Shown: one piece after another, positions 52,001 to 61,698 of the stretch | How the letters are laid out: every line of letters begins with the position of its first letter | Numbering within the stretch: the first letter of the stretch is position 1 | NCBI GenBank assembly: GCA_963664875.1 | Contig: OY761611.1 | Location: 1,312,001-1,376,000, forward strand | Length of the DNA stretch: 64,000 nt | Direction of reading: 5' to 3' | Origin: Candidatus Kapaibacterium sp. | Lineage (GTDB): Bacteria; Bacteroidota; Ignavibacteria; Kapaibacteriales; UBA2268 | Program-made: the position numbers and the translations under genes | The notes under the pieces: model-generated | Database searches by the model: none | What the model was told of the DNA's origin: nothing | What the model saw: the letters and a program-made list of their open reading frames with translations, nothing else

Positions 52001-53613
52001 AATCTGTTAAAATAGTCATAATCGTTATTGATATTTATAGTGGGATCTAAATATGTTTCGTAATCAGAATTTAAAGAATCAGGGAAATTAATGCTTGTTT
52101 CTCTACCTTTGAATCCATTTTTTATATCCATCGCACGAGCAGGAGAAAAGTTTCCTTCTTGCCAACCATGCCGAATATATGGAGGTGCAATTGCGGCATC
52201 CCAATTATTGAAATGAAGCCCAACCCACCTCTCAGGACATAATGTATAGTATTCATAAAGTTTAGGATGTTTATAATTGTCTCTTGTAATTACCATATTG
52301 TTTGTCAGCTTGTTTGCATATCTTAATGGTCCCCACCAATAATACTTATCAGATTCTATATCCTGAAAATAAAATCTAAAAAACTGTGCATCTTGAAAAC
52401 CATTTGTTTCACTGTAAACATCATCAAGAGAAGTCTCAACGATTCGTTTTATATCGTATAAGTATGTTTTTTTTCGCTTTTCGTCACTAATTAACAATGT
52501 ATCTTGAGTGGGATCAGGTGTCAACACACAACTGGTTAAAGTGTTTCTATTCATGCTGTCAGCCACACCTGTAAGTAAGTAGTGGGCTCGCATTGTCTCA
52601 ATTCTCACCCAATCAATCGCTACATCTAAATTCCCAAAATAATTTACTTCGATGTCGATAGAGTCGATTTCAAATGGATCCTCTCCAAAATCATGATTTT
52701 TTTCTATCTCAGAAACTGTAAAAAAACATGAGGAAAATGTTATCGCTGAATTTTCTGAAGTAACAGGTATAATTCTATTTGTCACTAACATTGAGTCCGA
52801 TAAAGACTCATACATCTTTTGGTATTTCCCTCTATTTTGATGATAATTTGCGAAATATATTGAATCCTCATCTTGCTGTGGAATACTATCGAATACCATA
52901 AGTCCTGAAACGTTTTGTCCCCAATACCTGATTTTTAAACTGAGTACAGCATCATCATTTATGACATTATCTATTTCAGGATTTAATCTTCTGACATTAG
53001 CAGTTAGATACCATTTGCGTCCAAAATACATATCTGTCTGACCTGAAACATCTTTCGCAGCTCTAGAAACAAAATGAGGCTGAGGTTGTATATCTTTCAG
53101 AACTGTATTGCCTCCATAAGAAGCTACAGAGTCTTTGTATAATATCAACCTTGAATAGTTTACATCTGAGGAATTAGATAAAATTGTACCTCTTCTATAC
53201 TTGAAGCCAAATACAGGGTTCGATGAATCTTCAGGTCTCAGTATGTCTCCAAAATTATTATCATTCAGAGGTAATGTTGGTTCGTACTGCATAAAAGGAG
53301 CCCAGTAATATGCGGGAATATAACCTGTCGCATTCAAATCTGAAGGTTGATATAGTAGCAGCAAAGTGTCATTTGTCTGAAATTCTCCTTCGTGCACGTT
53401 TCCAGTACCACGTATATTATTACGAAGCGAATCATCCATTAAAGGAGTACCTGACCACTGAAAGCCGTGTACTACTGCATTTTGCTGATAATTGTTAGGA
53501 TTAAATACTTGTGATGACTGATTTCCAAATTCAAAACTCATTGGAGAGGGCTCGCTATCTTGTGCTTTTAGCAAAAACGGGGCTAATAGCAGCATCAAGA
53601 ACAATCTTTTCAT
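49081..53613 (-). CDS. Large (~1510 aa) secreted protein with Cys-rich modules and T9SS-like CTD
   Basis: Signal peptide MKRLFLMLLLAPFLLKA from 53613; C-terminal PHPA...SGQYYLVI...PFVVIH. Confidence 0.75.
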   Translation of the reverse strand: MKRLFLMLLLAPFLLKAQDSEPSPMSFEFGNQSSQVFNPNNYQQNAVVHGFQWSGTPLMDDSLRNNIRGTGNVHEGEFQTNDTLLLLYQPSDLNATGYIPAYYWAPFMQYEPTLPLNDNNFGDILRPEDSSNPVFGFKYRRGTILSNSSDVNYSRLILYKDSVASYGGNTVLKDIQPQPHFVSRAAKDVSGQTDMYFGRKWYLTANVRRLNPEIDNVINDDAVLSLKIRYWGQNVSGLMVFDSIPQQDEDSIYFANYHQNRGKYQKMYESLSDSMLVTNRIIPVTSENSAITFSSCFFTVSEIEKNHDFGEDPFEIDSIDIEVNYFGNLDVAIDWVRIETMRAHYLLTGVADSMNRNTLTSCVLTPDPTQDTLLISDEKRKKTYLYDIKRIVETSLDDVYSETNGFQDAQFFRFYFQDIESDKYYWWGPLRYANKLTNNMVITRDNYKHPKLYEYYTLCPERWVGLHFNNWDAAIAPPYIRHGWQEGNFSPARAMDIKNGFKGRETSINFPDSLNSDYETYLDPTININNDYDYFNRLFSVENNIQPIWEARLYGYYYNPNTNVKNLIYSDKNWWIYSLFYSAEITPWQNGTTIDSIFNWNTYRAKTAEEFRLQWHSSMIRGCKGFIYDGDHQTDVDRQKRELRLGIGDTSKFTSYPLLSREVGDDFINSEYDTWNLETDSTRFSYVDTTAQYAGIDRDRVYIGTRSIRSELVKLHTFLDLMSDEIMDLRPFASLSKGYRQWQNWDERYSATDVWNNYIEFDTTKLFTKKIWEPTTGNYAVVKESYDSSFFDLTLMRYSENDIDNNKFVLGIQNRRTDPLLYLNSEVPLNSMIFISAAEFDEFVQNGGELYKNDQYYSSDFWKDLWWKRLGCRQLSVPINFKADNNPNYFSGRYYEIKELGYDNSELNSKFWRQPDLYHMIDTVIKENEAFTANLLPGQGKMIGVEAKYLAQTPEMEDTTCVTCNGINENIEVEVRQYQDNCYHLIIKNTGDCDYTALQLLFENELTHKHMSYWVPDDRWSFQWNEDARRCSFEGDLHAGEEYVITTCVYEGRTNYFQLYAGFADANNTIQCENFIDSGSFDDCCSFLSPVTLESSDIDCDSTGGCAWKVMAEVNPDSTCYTSYGIRAVKEDGTTEDITEDIIGDGSIYAEFCYCGEEVKFEFYLKDENDSIACVKELVDSCNLCDKYTIKDGLPIDPRHPAQELYLYTHIDELQVAYPRTHTNALWFKTIELNEIGYMLDKIEIEEYDMSGNLLKINDVYINESSSTAYPADFQRALDSKYRIVFYDKDGNVLCSYEFERHWELLQDNDIFEPSAMAIPVGNFCEYGIDVEQNQTPVDPIDIYYVIVSDMEAPSVVLHYEFRDPKSASPFDFSTSYHLTDLVKPIDSTLKVEIHYYDANFQPVEVSELTSSCMQMRTMSFASPILSSVSTMPHPADDKFSVEYTLLQSAKVEFEIRNQYGTVLYYKNEGNQKSGVHYKGFDTSSFISGQYYLVIQAGSETKVIPFVVIH

Positions 53614-53614
53614 T

Positions 53615-54946
53615 CTAATTCTCCTTGACGACTTTATAATCCGCAACAGTAGCACCACAAGCAGCTCTAACGATATAGATTCCTACACTAATACGACTTA
53701 AATCAACAGTCATATCTTCACCGTTGTAATTCCATTCTGCCTGAGATGTTACATCTGCACCATTGGAATCAAAAATTGAAAAACTTGGTTCACTTGTTTC
53801 GCAGATTAAAGGTATTGTTACTATGCTTGTAGTTGGATTGGGATAGATAATGTCGTTTTTATTTTGTTCCTCAATAGATGTATCGAAGTCGTAATAGCCA
53901 GATGAAATACTCATGTTTCCTAAGCCGATAATTAAATTTGAACTTTTAGAAATCCTTGACTCTATTCCCCAGCCATAACCAGAAGGATGTTGTGAAAAAT
54001 ATACAATAGAGCCCTTTTCTAAATCTAAGATATTTGTAATAGATGAAAGTGTCGATAAAATATATTTTGAATCCTCATACAGGGAAATCTTACCAGGTGC
54101 TACAATATTACTTTCTATATTAAATCTTTCATCAACAATTTTCTTCTCTGATACATTGTAAACCGATAATCCTTGATGATTTTTATCGCTTTCAAAATGT
54201 TTGAACCTGCCCGAAATATAAATATTATCCGAGTTCACTCTTGAAAATTTCAAATCGCCAGGGTCGCCAAATTCGTTAGAAGTGTGAGGTGCCATATAGT
54301 GGTCAACTATCTGCTCTCTTGTTTCTAAATCCCAAACTAAGAGTTTTGATTTGCCTTCGCTGATGGAAGCGAGGTATTTACCATCATACGAAACAGCAAG
54401 ATTTATCAACCACAAATCAAAATGACTTTCATCTGTAAGCTCACCCACATATTCTAATGTTTCTGAGTTGTAAATAACTATCTTAGATTTACTTTCTTCT
54501 TTATCAGGCTGATTTATTATGTATTCTATTCGTAAGTACAAAAGTGGTCTAATCGGATCTATTTGCATTTGACCGTAAAACAAATGATAATCACCATCTT
54601 CAGTTGGCATTTCTATGCTTTGTACCACTTCTAATGTTTCAATATCACGTATTTCGAGGATTGTATTTTTCCTTGTAATCATTTTTGTGCTATCAGCAGA
54701 AAATTCTATATCTGTTAAATTTTCTCCTCTACTCAAGACTACTTGTCCTGTAAGAACTTCCCGTATTTCGAGAACATTGTATCGTGCAATAACGCAATAA
54801 TCATTATCAGGCATAAATTCAATATCAGAAACATACCCTTCATTCAATGCCTCTGACCATAAAAACTTCATTTCACCTGCGGTGGAAGTAGCAATAGTCA
54901 AAACTAACATACTGCATAAAATCAAAATCAAACATAAGGATTTCAT
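53615..54946 (-). CDS. WD40-like beta-propeller protein with T9SS CTD
   Basis: Signal peptide, LAVSYDGKYLAS...LLVWD and IIYPNPTTS...GIYIV. Confidence 0.8.
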   Translation of the reverse strand: MKSLCLILILCSMLVLTIATSTAGEMKFLWSEALNEGYVSDIEFMPDNDYCVIARYNVLEIREVLTGQVVLSRGENLTDIEFSADSTKMITRKNTILEIRDIETLEVVQSIEMPTEDGDYHLFYGQMQIDPIRPLLYLRIEYIINQPDKEESKSKIVIYNSETLEYVGELTDESHFDLWLINLAVSYDGKYLASISEGKSKLLVWDLETREQIVDHYMAPHTSNEFGDPGDLKFSRVNSDNIYISGRFKHFESDKNHQGLSVYNVSEKKIVDERFNIESNIVAPGKISLYEDSKYILSTLSSITNILDLEKGSIVYFSQHPSGYGWGIESRISKSSNLIIGLGNMSISSGYYDFDTSIEEQNKNDIIYPNPTTSIVTIPLICETSEPSFSIFDSNGADVTSQAEWNYNGEDMTVDLSRISVGIYIVRAACGATVADYKVVKEN

Positions 54947-55685
54947 AGAGTGGACTCCAAATAAAAGAATTACAATACTTATATAATCAATGTAATAATT
55001 ATATTGATATTATAAAAATAAAATTTTAGCTAAGCTGATAATTAACTTGAAAAAATTGTATAGGTATGTTTTTTAAAACAGGTTGGCTACATAAATTTTC
55101 AATTTTTGGTGCTTCTTGGAAATATTATTGGAAGGAAAAGTTAATTTAGAGTCGTTTTTTCTTAAACTTAAATCTTTAATGCTAATATTTCGCCATAAAA
55201 TCTATTATAAGAGTTTTTCATGTTTAGCAATAAACTTTTACTGCTCTTCAATAAAAACCTAACAGAATAGATTTATGGTGCTTATTTACTATAATTTGTT
55301 TTGTTATATCTGCTTCTTTATCTCATAACATTCTATCTTAAATACTTCATATTTTATACCACTCATTCTTCTTTTGGCTTTATTTCAATCAAGAGTTTGT
55401 AGTTCATGGTAAAAAGCTAACTTGTAACAATCTTTTTCATCTTTGAGATTTGCAGACAAACAAGAAAATTGCTTTAAGTATTAGCAATATAAATCATTTA
55501 CAATATTGTATACAAAACTTTTTCCTCGCTGATTAGTTTATATAAATATACAATATTATCAGTGATGAAGCATATTAAGCTTATAAAGAATAAAACAAAA
55601 AAAATCTCTCTCTTCTACACATTTGGGGGGGGGGGAGCTTAATATAACGAAGATTGATGTACAAATGGAATCGTAAAATTTATAA

Positions 55686-56759
55686 TTACTTCAACACATC
55701 AAATTTCGAGACGTTGTCGGTAACAATGCTTCTAAATTCAGTATTAAAAATATTTCCAAATGCTCTATCGCTTACATTCAGTTTTTTGGCTATCAATCTG
55801 ATATAATTCAATTCACGTTCAGCAATTTCTCCATCAACTTTCGCTAAATCCAACAAAGTATATAGAATGTTGTGCTTTTCTAACGGATGGTTATTCAACA
55901 AAGCAAAATCAATTTGTATTAGCTTACAATCCCACAGAGATTCACCAAATGTACGTTTATCTACTTTAGGCAAGTCAGATTCAACAATTAGTTTTTCTAT
56001 TACTTTAATTTCTTGCCTTTGAAGTTTTCCATCAATTTTTATCAAGTTGATATACAAAGCAATTTTGTTGTACTCTAACTTAAGATGTTCTTCAAGTCGA
56101 TTATTGTCTTCTTCTTTTGAGGTTCTTACGATAAAGATTTGTTTAGCACGGTTCCCAATCATAAGTGTTGAGATTCCGTCAAAGGATGCTCCTACAATGC
56201 TTGCTAAGAGAGGAATACTATAAGTAACTTCTTCTGCTCCTTTGACTGATAAACGCTGTACTATTGACTTCAGAGCAGTTTCATTGATTATCTTGATTGC
56301 TTCCTCACTTAAACCTTTCACTAACAATTCGCCTGCTGTGTGGGATGCAAATTTGGCACCTACATTTTTAAGTAAATCTGCCGTTTTACCAACTGTCCAA
56401 CTTAAAAGAACAAATGTCTTTACTTTTTTATCTTTCAAATCAAACCCTGCTAAATGTGCAATTGCAGCTACCATTCGCATCTGTAGGAATGTAACACCAA
56501 CTAAAGATGCAGGAATCATAAAAGACATAGTTAAAAGACCGCCTAAGCCTGTTATAAATCCTGAAATAGAAGCTTTTGAGGTTTCTTTCCTGATGATTTT
56601 GTTTGCCATAGAAAGTAAACTATCATTTGGATTATAAACCGAATCAGCAAGCTCTATTGCAGAATATGTGCCAGGCAGTCCTTCAAAAGATTTTTCATAA
56701 GCCCAATCTATGAGCTTTTCAATTTTCTTTGAACCATGCTTAGATTTTAACATAAACAT
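55686..56759 (-). CDS. EcsC-like domain fused to a TerB-like domain
   Basis: SGFITGLGG...IPA...QMRMVAAIAHLAGFDL (EcsC); IDGKLQRQE and LAKVDGEIAERE...IAKKL (TerB). Confidence 0.75.
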   Translation of the reverse strand: MFMLKSKHGSKKIEKLIDWAYEKSFEGLPGTYSAIELADSVYNPNDSLLSMANKIIRKETSKASISGFITGLGGLLTMSFMIPASLVGVTFLQMRMVAAIAHLAGFDLKDKKVKTFVLLSWTVGKTADLLKNVGAKFASHTAGELLVKGLSEEAIKIINETALKSIVQRLSVKGAEEVTYSIPLLASIVGASFDGISTLMIGNRAKQIFIVRTSKEEDNNRLEEHLKLEYNKIALYINLIKIDGKLQRQEIKVIEKLIVESDLPKVDKRTFGESLWDCKLIQIDFALLNNHPLEKHNILYTLLDLAKVDGEIAERELNYIRLIAKKLNVSDRAFGNIFNTEFRSIVTDNVSKFDVLK

Positions 56760-56790
56760 TTAATATGTAATGTATTGAGAATTATCCAAT

Positions 56791-57276
56791 TTAAAATGCT
56801 TCATAGCTTGTGAGCTCTTCAACTCTTTTCATAGCAGAAACCAAATCATCTCCATGTTTGCCGTCTTTGACTTCTTGAAGAACAAGCTTCAAAACTTCGA
56901 TAAATTCTTTTGCTTCTGCTTCTACAAATTTCTCTTCAAATTCTACAAGATCTTCTTTGGCTTTTTGCATTGCCTCTTCAAACAAGTGCTCATACTCACT
57001 TGTGCTAAATACAACTTCTTTTTGTAGCTCTTCTTCGGCTTCTTTTCTACCTTCTTCTAAAGCATCTTCTACAATTTTTGCAAGTAGAACTTTCCGTTCT
57101 TCATCATTACTGGTAAAGAACTTATAGTCATCTTCTTTATCTTTAATTTGAGTTTCTATAAATTTAGCTAACTTTTCGGCAGTATCAAGATCTTCTGCCC
57201 AATCAACAAAACTAAACCCTACCCAAACAATTTTTTTTCTGATTGAGTTTATAAAATCTGTGATAAAATTTGACAT
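56791..57276 (-). CDS. Hypothetical acidic helical protein
   Basis: 161-aa ORF in the co-directional cluster. Confidence 0.65.
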   Translation of the reverse strand: MSNFITDFINSIRKKIVWVGFSFVDWAEDLDTAEKLAKFIETQIKDKEDDYKFFTSNDEERKVLLAKIVEDALEEGRKEAEEELQKEVVFSTSEYEHLFEEAMQKAKEDLVEFEEKFVEAEAKEFIEVLKLVLQEVKDGKHGDDLVSAMKRVEELTSYEAF

Positions 57277-57326
57277 AGTGTTATTTCCTTTTTTGTTTTT
57301 ATTTTAATATTATTAAATCATATTTC

Positions 57327-58409
57327 TTACATCAATGCAGGTCCAATCAAAACATCAAAAAAAGTTAGGATCATCCATATCCAAAAACTTGCTTGAGTCT
57401 TTTGTAGAATTTTATTCCTTTTCCAAATGTAAACAGGAATCCAAAATATTGACCCAAATTGTTCAGTATCATGACCTAAATTTTTAAGTTTAGAAGAATC
57501 AATCCCGATAAATATCAGATTAAACATGATATAAACGACACCCCCCCAATTGCTTAAAAAGTGATATAAATCAGCATAAGCTTGGACGTTGGTTTGTATA
57601 TATTGCTCCCAACTGAAACTCATAATTAGAAGAAGTACAAGACTACTAATTAATGGAGAAAATGCAACCCACCAAATTGAACCATTCGGGGCATTTTCTC
57701 CTAACACAGGAGGTGGAGTGTGAATGTATTTCTTCAGCTCTGTATCTTCAACAGCAACCCAGTTATGTCTGCCCTCTTTATAAACAGCATCTCCGTAACT
57801 AATATGTTCTTTTTCAATTGCTAATCTCATTTCAAATTCTGTAAAAGGACCTTCTCTGTCCCCATTTCTGCTATAGAACCAAACTTTTGGTAAATCTTGA
57901 TTCAATCTCTGTGCATTTTGATTTACAATTATCTTAGCTTCCTGCCAATTCTCCTGATTGTCTGAACTTACTTCTGTATCAGATGAAATAGTATTATCTA
58001 AAGTAAGTTTTAATATTTTCTCAAAGTCATATGCACCATAGACTTGCCCATTTTTTCTGTAGAACCAAGTCGTTCTATTAGTCTCTTTAGTTGGAGCTGA
58101 TTGATTTGATTCTGTGTCTATTTTACTGTCATCCTCAGTTGCTACCGACTTTTGTTTATCAATAACAGTAGCATTGGATTTATGTATAAATACTTCTCCT
58201 TCCACAGCTTTACGATTTGGCAAATTATTGGTGTCACTTCCTATTTTATTTCCACAATTCGAGCAAAACTTTGAATCTTGATGATTTTCGGCTCTGCAAT
58301 TTGAACAAATTTTCAAGTGGTTAACTTTCTCTCCACAATTATTACAGAAATTGGCATTTTCTGCAATCGGTAAATTACAAGCAGAACAATTTCGCATATT
58401 ATACTCCAT
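57327..58409 (-). CDS. Double zinc ribbon, two GYF_2 (DUF4339)-like domains and three TM helices
   Basis: Four CxxC pairs; WFYRKNGQVYGAY and WFYSRNGDREGPF. Confidence 0.8.
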   Translation of the reverse strand: MEYNMRNCSACNLPIAENANFCNNCGEKVNHLKICSNCRAENHQDSKFCSNCGNKIGSDTNNLPNRKAVEGEVFIHKSNATVIDKQKSVATEDDSKIDTESNQSAPTKETNRTTWFYRKNGQVYGAYDFEKILKLTLDNTISSDTEVSSDNQENWQEAKIIVNQNAQRLNQDLPKVWFYSRNGDREGPFTEFEMRLAIEKEHISYGDAVYKEGRHNWVAVEDTELKKYIHTPPPVLGENAPNGSIWWVAFSPLISSLVLLLIMSFSWEQYIQTNVQAYADLYHFLSNWGGVVYIMFNLIFIGIDSSKLKNLGHDTEQFGSIFWIPVYIWKRNKILQKTQASFWIWMILTFFDVLIGPALM

Positions 58410-58437
58410 TTATTGAACGATTCCTATGGTTTGTTGG

Positions 58438-59286
58438 TTAATCTTTAATCAACCTAATAGAATAAAAGTTCTCCTTGTTACTGCTTTCTCGAAGAAGTTC
58501 ATCTGAGGAGTATTCAACTTTAAGAGATCTTGAAATTGCATTAGTATCTGAAAGTTCAGTAGCTGTCCACCAAGTACTGACAACACATAAACCTGAGAAT
58601 CCGTCTTCATATTTGCCACTTGGAATTGCTAAAAAACCACTTTCACCGATTTCTTCCATCTTTTCAGTATAGTTCCATAAACTTTCAAACCCAATGAGTT
58701 TTATACCAATAGATTTATTATTCCTATCGAATGACTCAAGTTGATGTTCTGACAGTCCAAGCAATGATTCTAATGTTTGCCAATCTTCATCTGTAGGAAT
58801 ACGATATCCAACTGGTGCGATTCCACGATCATCAGAGACTGCATACCAATTGTAAAGTTTCCCAAATTTTGCTCCTCGACTTTCATCAAAGTTATAATAA
58901 CACCATGCTCCAATTTTGTTTCGAGAAGCATTTTCCAATTCATAACTGTTTTTACATTGGGGGATTAAGTCTCCATTCTTATAAGATATCACATCTAAAT
59001 TGCGAGTCATCCATGTTTGATTAAAAATGCGGATTTCTTTTGCCGAAACCCAAGTTTGGATAGTTCCCCAATTAAATACAATTCCCATTGATAGAATTAA
59101 TAATGCCCCCGGAAGAAAAGCAAAGAATACAACTCTTTTGGGAAAGATTATTTTTGACTCATTTGAGCCTTTTGTATTTTGTAAAACAACCGACTCCTCA
59201 CCATCTAAAGCTATTACCTTAATTCCGCATTTGTTACAAAAGTTTGCTCCTTTCTGTATTTCTTTACCACATTCTTTACAAAACAT
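58438..59286 (-). CDS. Zinc ribbon, TM helix and FISUMP (Fibrobacter succinogenes major paralogous) domain
   Basis: MFCKECG..NFCNKCG; QTWMTRNL, GKLYNWYAV, RIPTDEDW, YSIRLIKD. Confidence 0.85.
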   Translation of the reverse strand: MFCKECGKEIQKGANFCNKCGIKVIALDGEESVVLQNTKGSNESKIIFPKRVVFFAFLPGALLILSMGIVFNWGTIQTWVSAKEIRIFNQTWMTRNLDVISYKNGDLIPQCKNSYELENASRNKIGAWCYYNFDESRGAKFGKLYNWYAVSDDRGIAPVGYRIPTDEDWQTLESLLGLSEHQLESFDRNNKSIGIKLIGFESLWNYTEKMEEIGESGFLAIPSGKYEDGFSGLCVVSTWWTATELSDTNAISRSLKVEYSSDELLRESSNKENFYSIRLIKD

Positions 59287-59327
59287 AATGTATATCCTTT
59301 CAATAATGAATCAATATCAAATTGAGC

Positions 59328-60998
59328 TTATTGAGCCTGTTCTTCTCTTAAATTATAGAAATACCATACTGCTCCGTATATCATATAGGAATCTCCAACA
59401 TGAGTTACGTGCAAGTTTGTTTTCTTACCTTTGTAATTAAAATTTAGATTAAATGTGTTAGAGTCAAGATTTGAGTCAAGTTCTTTGAACATAACCTCTA
59501 AAACAAGCTTCCTGAATGATTCAGGCAACTCTATGTCTTTCCAAGCATAAAAGCGATTTTTATATTGCAGTCCCTTTTTATCTACTCGGACAAGCAGTTT
59601 TTCTTTTTGTTTAGGAGTGAGTTTTACTTTTTCTGCTTTCTTATTGTCTTTGAAATACTTATCAAAAACTTTTCTCAGGATATTCTTCTTTTCTTTTGGT
59701 AAAAAAGGTGAGATTATCAAATCCAATATCCAAACTACCAAAGAAGTTGCAAGATATAATATCCCAAATATCACCACTATAATGTATGGCATTGCTACCA
59801 AGAATAGAAACCAAGCGACGTAAAATGCTAATAGCATCGCAATGAAAATTAAGATATTCATCAATATATTTGAATCACCATTAAGTATATTTCTAACAAA
59901 TAACACGGAAGCAGCTATTATTGGTGGAACAAGCATAAAAACATATATATATCTATCCGAATTGCTGTAGAAAGATAGAAATTCTACCGGCTCTTCTTGA
60001 AATCCAAATACCTCTTCTATAATTTTTTCTCTGAGCTGCTTATCAGTCTTGTGAACTATTAACCTATCCTCCTTGGTTTCACTATCATTTATTTTGTACT
60101 TTTCTTCAGATATAGATTTTTTCAAATCTTGAAAATCAGCATCCATTTTTTTTGGTTGTGTTTCTATTTCTGTCTGTGTCTCTTCTATCTCTTCTTTCCT
60201 TGCGAAGTTGACTCTATCAGAATCAGAATTCTCAGTAGTGTCAGATTTCATATATAAGTACATCTCTTTCTTTTCTTCATCACTTAGTTGATTTAATATA
60301 CCGTGATGATCCGAGTCATTTTCATCATAATATTTTTTAAACCATGCCTTATATTTAGAAAACTTATATCTTTTTCCTACAAATTTTGCAATAAGAAACG
60401 GAAGAAATAATTGCATAAGCCCTGCCTGACCACTTAAGGCAGTCGGCTCGTCATTTGCGAAATCTATTCCCAGCACTTCAGAGTTAAGGTATGAAATAGC
60501 TATCAAACTAATGAAGTAAACTCCGACTTGAATAAATATTTTTGACCAACTTAGATTTTCTTTGAACTCTAAAAATCTTTTGTAAAGCGGAGCTGAGTAA
60601 TTTTTCGATATCACCTGTTTATAAGTTATATGGTAATCTTTAAACTGATTAAATGTCAAGAAGTCATCATAACTTAGTCTGTCAATATTCGGTAAAGAAC
60701 GGTTGTTATAATTACTTTTTAGTTTTATCCAAAGTTGATGTTCCCAATACATCAATTGGGCTCTGTTCTTAATTTTCCCGGTTTCAATTCGCATCTCAAT
60801 TTTTTCAATTTCGATTTTTAGCTTTTTGTAGCTTTCTTCGCCAAGTGCTGTCTTCCAATTTTCGCACTCTACTTTAAATCTTCCAAGCAATTCAGGTTTA
60901 TCAGGATCTCCGAACAATTCAAGTAAAAACATAAGAGCCATATAGAATCTAACTAAAATCCATTCTGAAGTTGTTTCTTGGTATATTGTGTTACTCAT
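59328..60998 (-). CDS. Hypothetical multi-pass membrane protein
   Basis: Long ORF with 4-5 hydrophobic helices; ATG start at 60998 is inferred. Confidence 0.65.
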   Translation of the reverse strand: MSNTIYQETTSEWILVRFYMALMFLLELFGDPDKPELLGRFKVECENWKTALGEESYKKLKIEIEKIEMRIETGKIKNRAQLMYWEHQLWIKLKSNYNNRSLPNIDRLSYDDFLTFNQFKDYHITYKQVISKNYSAPLYKRFLEFKENLSWSKIFIQVGVYFISLIAISYLNSEVLGIDFANDEPTALSGQAGLMQLFLPFLIAKFVGKRYKFSKYKAWFKKYYDENDSDHHGILNQLSDEEKKEMYLYMKSDTTENSDSDRVNFARKEEIEETQTEIETQPKKMDADFQDLKKSISEEKYKINDSETKEDRLIVHKTDKQLREKIIEEVFGFQEEPVEFLSFYSNSDRYIYVFMLVPPIIAASVLFVRNILNGDSNILMNILIFIAMLLAFYVAWFLFLVAMPYIIVVIFGILYLATSLVVWILDLIISPFLPKEKKNILRKVFDKYFKDNKKAEKVKLTPKQKEKLLVRVDKKGLQYKNRFYAWKDIELPESFRKLVLEVMFKELDSNLDSNTFNLNFNYKGKKTNLHVTHVGDSYMIYGAVWYFYNLREEQAQ

Positions 60999-61067
60999 AC
61001 ATTTCCTTAATAGTATTTCCTTGATATTCAAGGATTGTTATCTATAAAGTGTAAAATATCATCATTT

Positions 61068-61105
61068 TTTCAGGCAGGTGTATAAAGAATTGCAACCTGC
61101 CTGAA
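61068..61105. terminator. Intergenic hairpin within the cluster
   Basis: TTCAGGCAGGT...ACCTGCCTGAA. Confidence 0.6.
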
Positions 61106-61131
61106 TAAAGTTCTAAGATTTTCTTCCTAAT

Positions 61132-61428
61132 TTATATGCCTTCTGCAGGCATATCACCTAAAATTGACATTACTAAGCCTCCGATTGCAAGTCCCATTAC
61201 TGCAAAAAGTATTATTCCCAAGACAATAGCTATACCGATTAGTATCAAGGATGCTTTTGCCCAATTTGCTTTATTCGGGTTGGTATCAGATCCAAATGCC
61301 CAAACAAATAGCATTATAAATCCGACTATAGGAATTGCTGTAATTAGATATGTTACAAACCACTGCCCGAAAGACATTTCATTTTGATTAGATGCAACAT
61401 CAAAGTTGTTTAGTGCTGTGTTTTCCAT
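61132..61428 (-). CDS. Small membrane protein (paralog of 61444-61641)
   Basis: SFGQW...IPIVGFIMLFVWAFG...NWAKA. Confidence 0.75.
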   Translation of the reverse strand: MENTALNNFDVASNQNEMSFGQWFVTYLITAIPIVGFIMLFVWAFGSDTNPNKANWAKASLILIGIAIVLGIILFAVMGLAIGGLVMSILGDMPAEGI

Positions 61429-61443
61429 TTGAATTACTCCTCG

Positions 61444-61641
61444 TTACATCATGCTTAAAATAACTAAAAAGAATGCTATTGCTTGGAATGCTAATAGTGC
61501 TTTTGCCCAGTTTGCAATAACTTTGGGAGTGCTGTCTCCTGCCACCCAAACGATTAGCATAATTAGACCAATGATTGGAATTGATGCCAAAATAAGCTTA
61601 CCAATCCATTGCCCTACTGAAACTGTTGAATTTTGTGTCAT
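61444..61641 (-). CDS. Small membrane protein
   Basis: SVGQW...IPIIGLIMLIVW...NWAKA. Confidence 0.75.
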   Translation of the reverse strand: MTQNSTVSVGQWIGKLILASIPIIGLIMLIVWVAGDSTPKVIANWAKALLAFQAIAFFLVILSMM

Positions 61642-61698
61642 GTTTGTTTTCCTTAAGTTAGTTGAACTATAGTTGTATTTATAATAAATAATAAATAT

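Noticed and set aside
54960-55560. Possible decayed gene in the long spacer
   Set aside because: Only short interrupted frames that I could not assign to any family.
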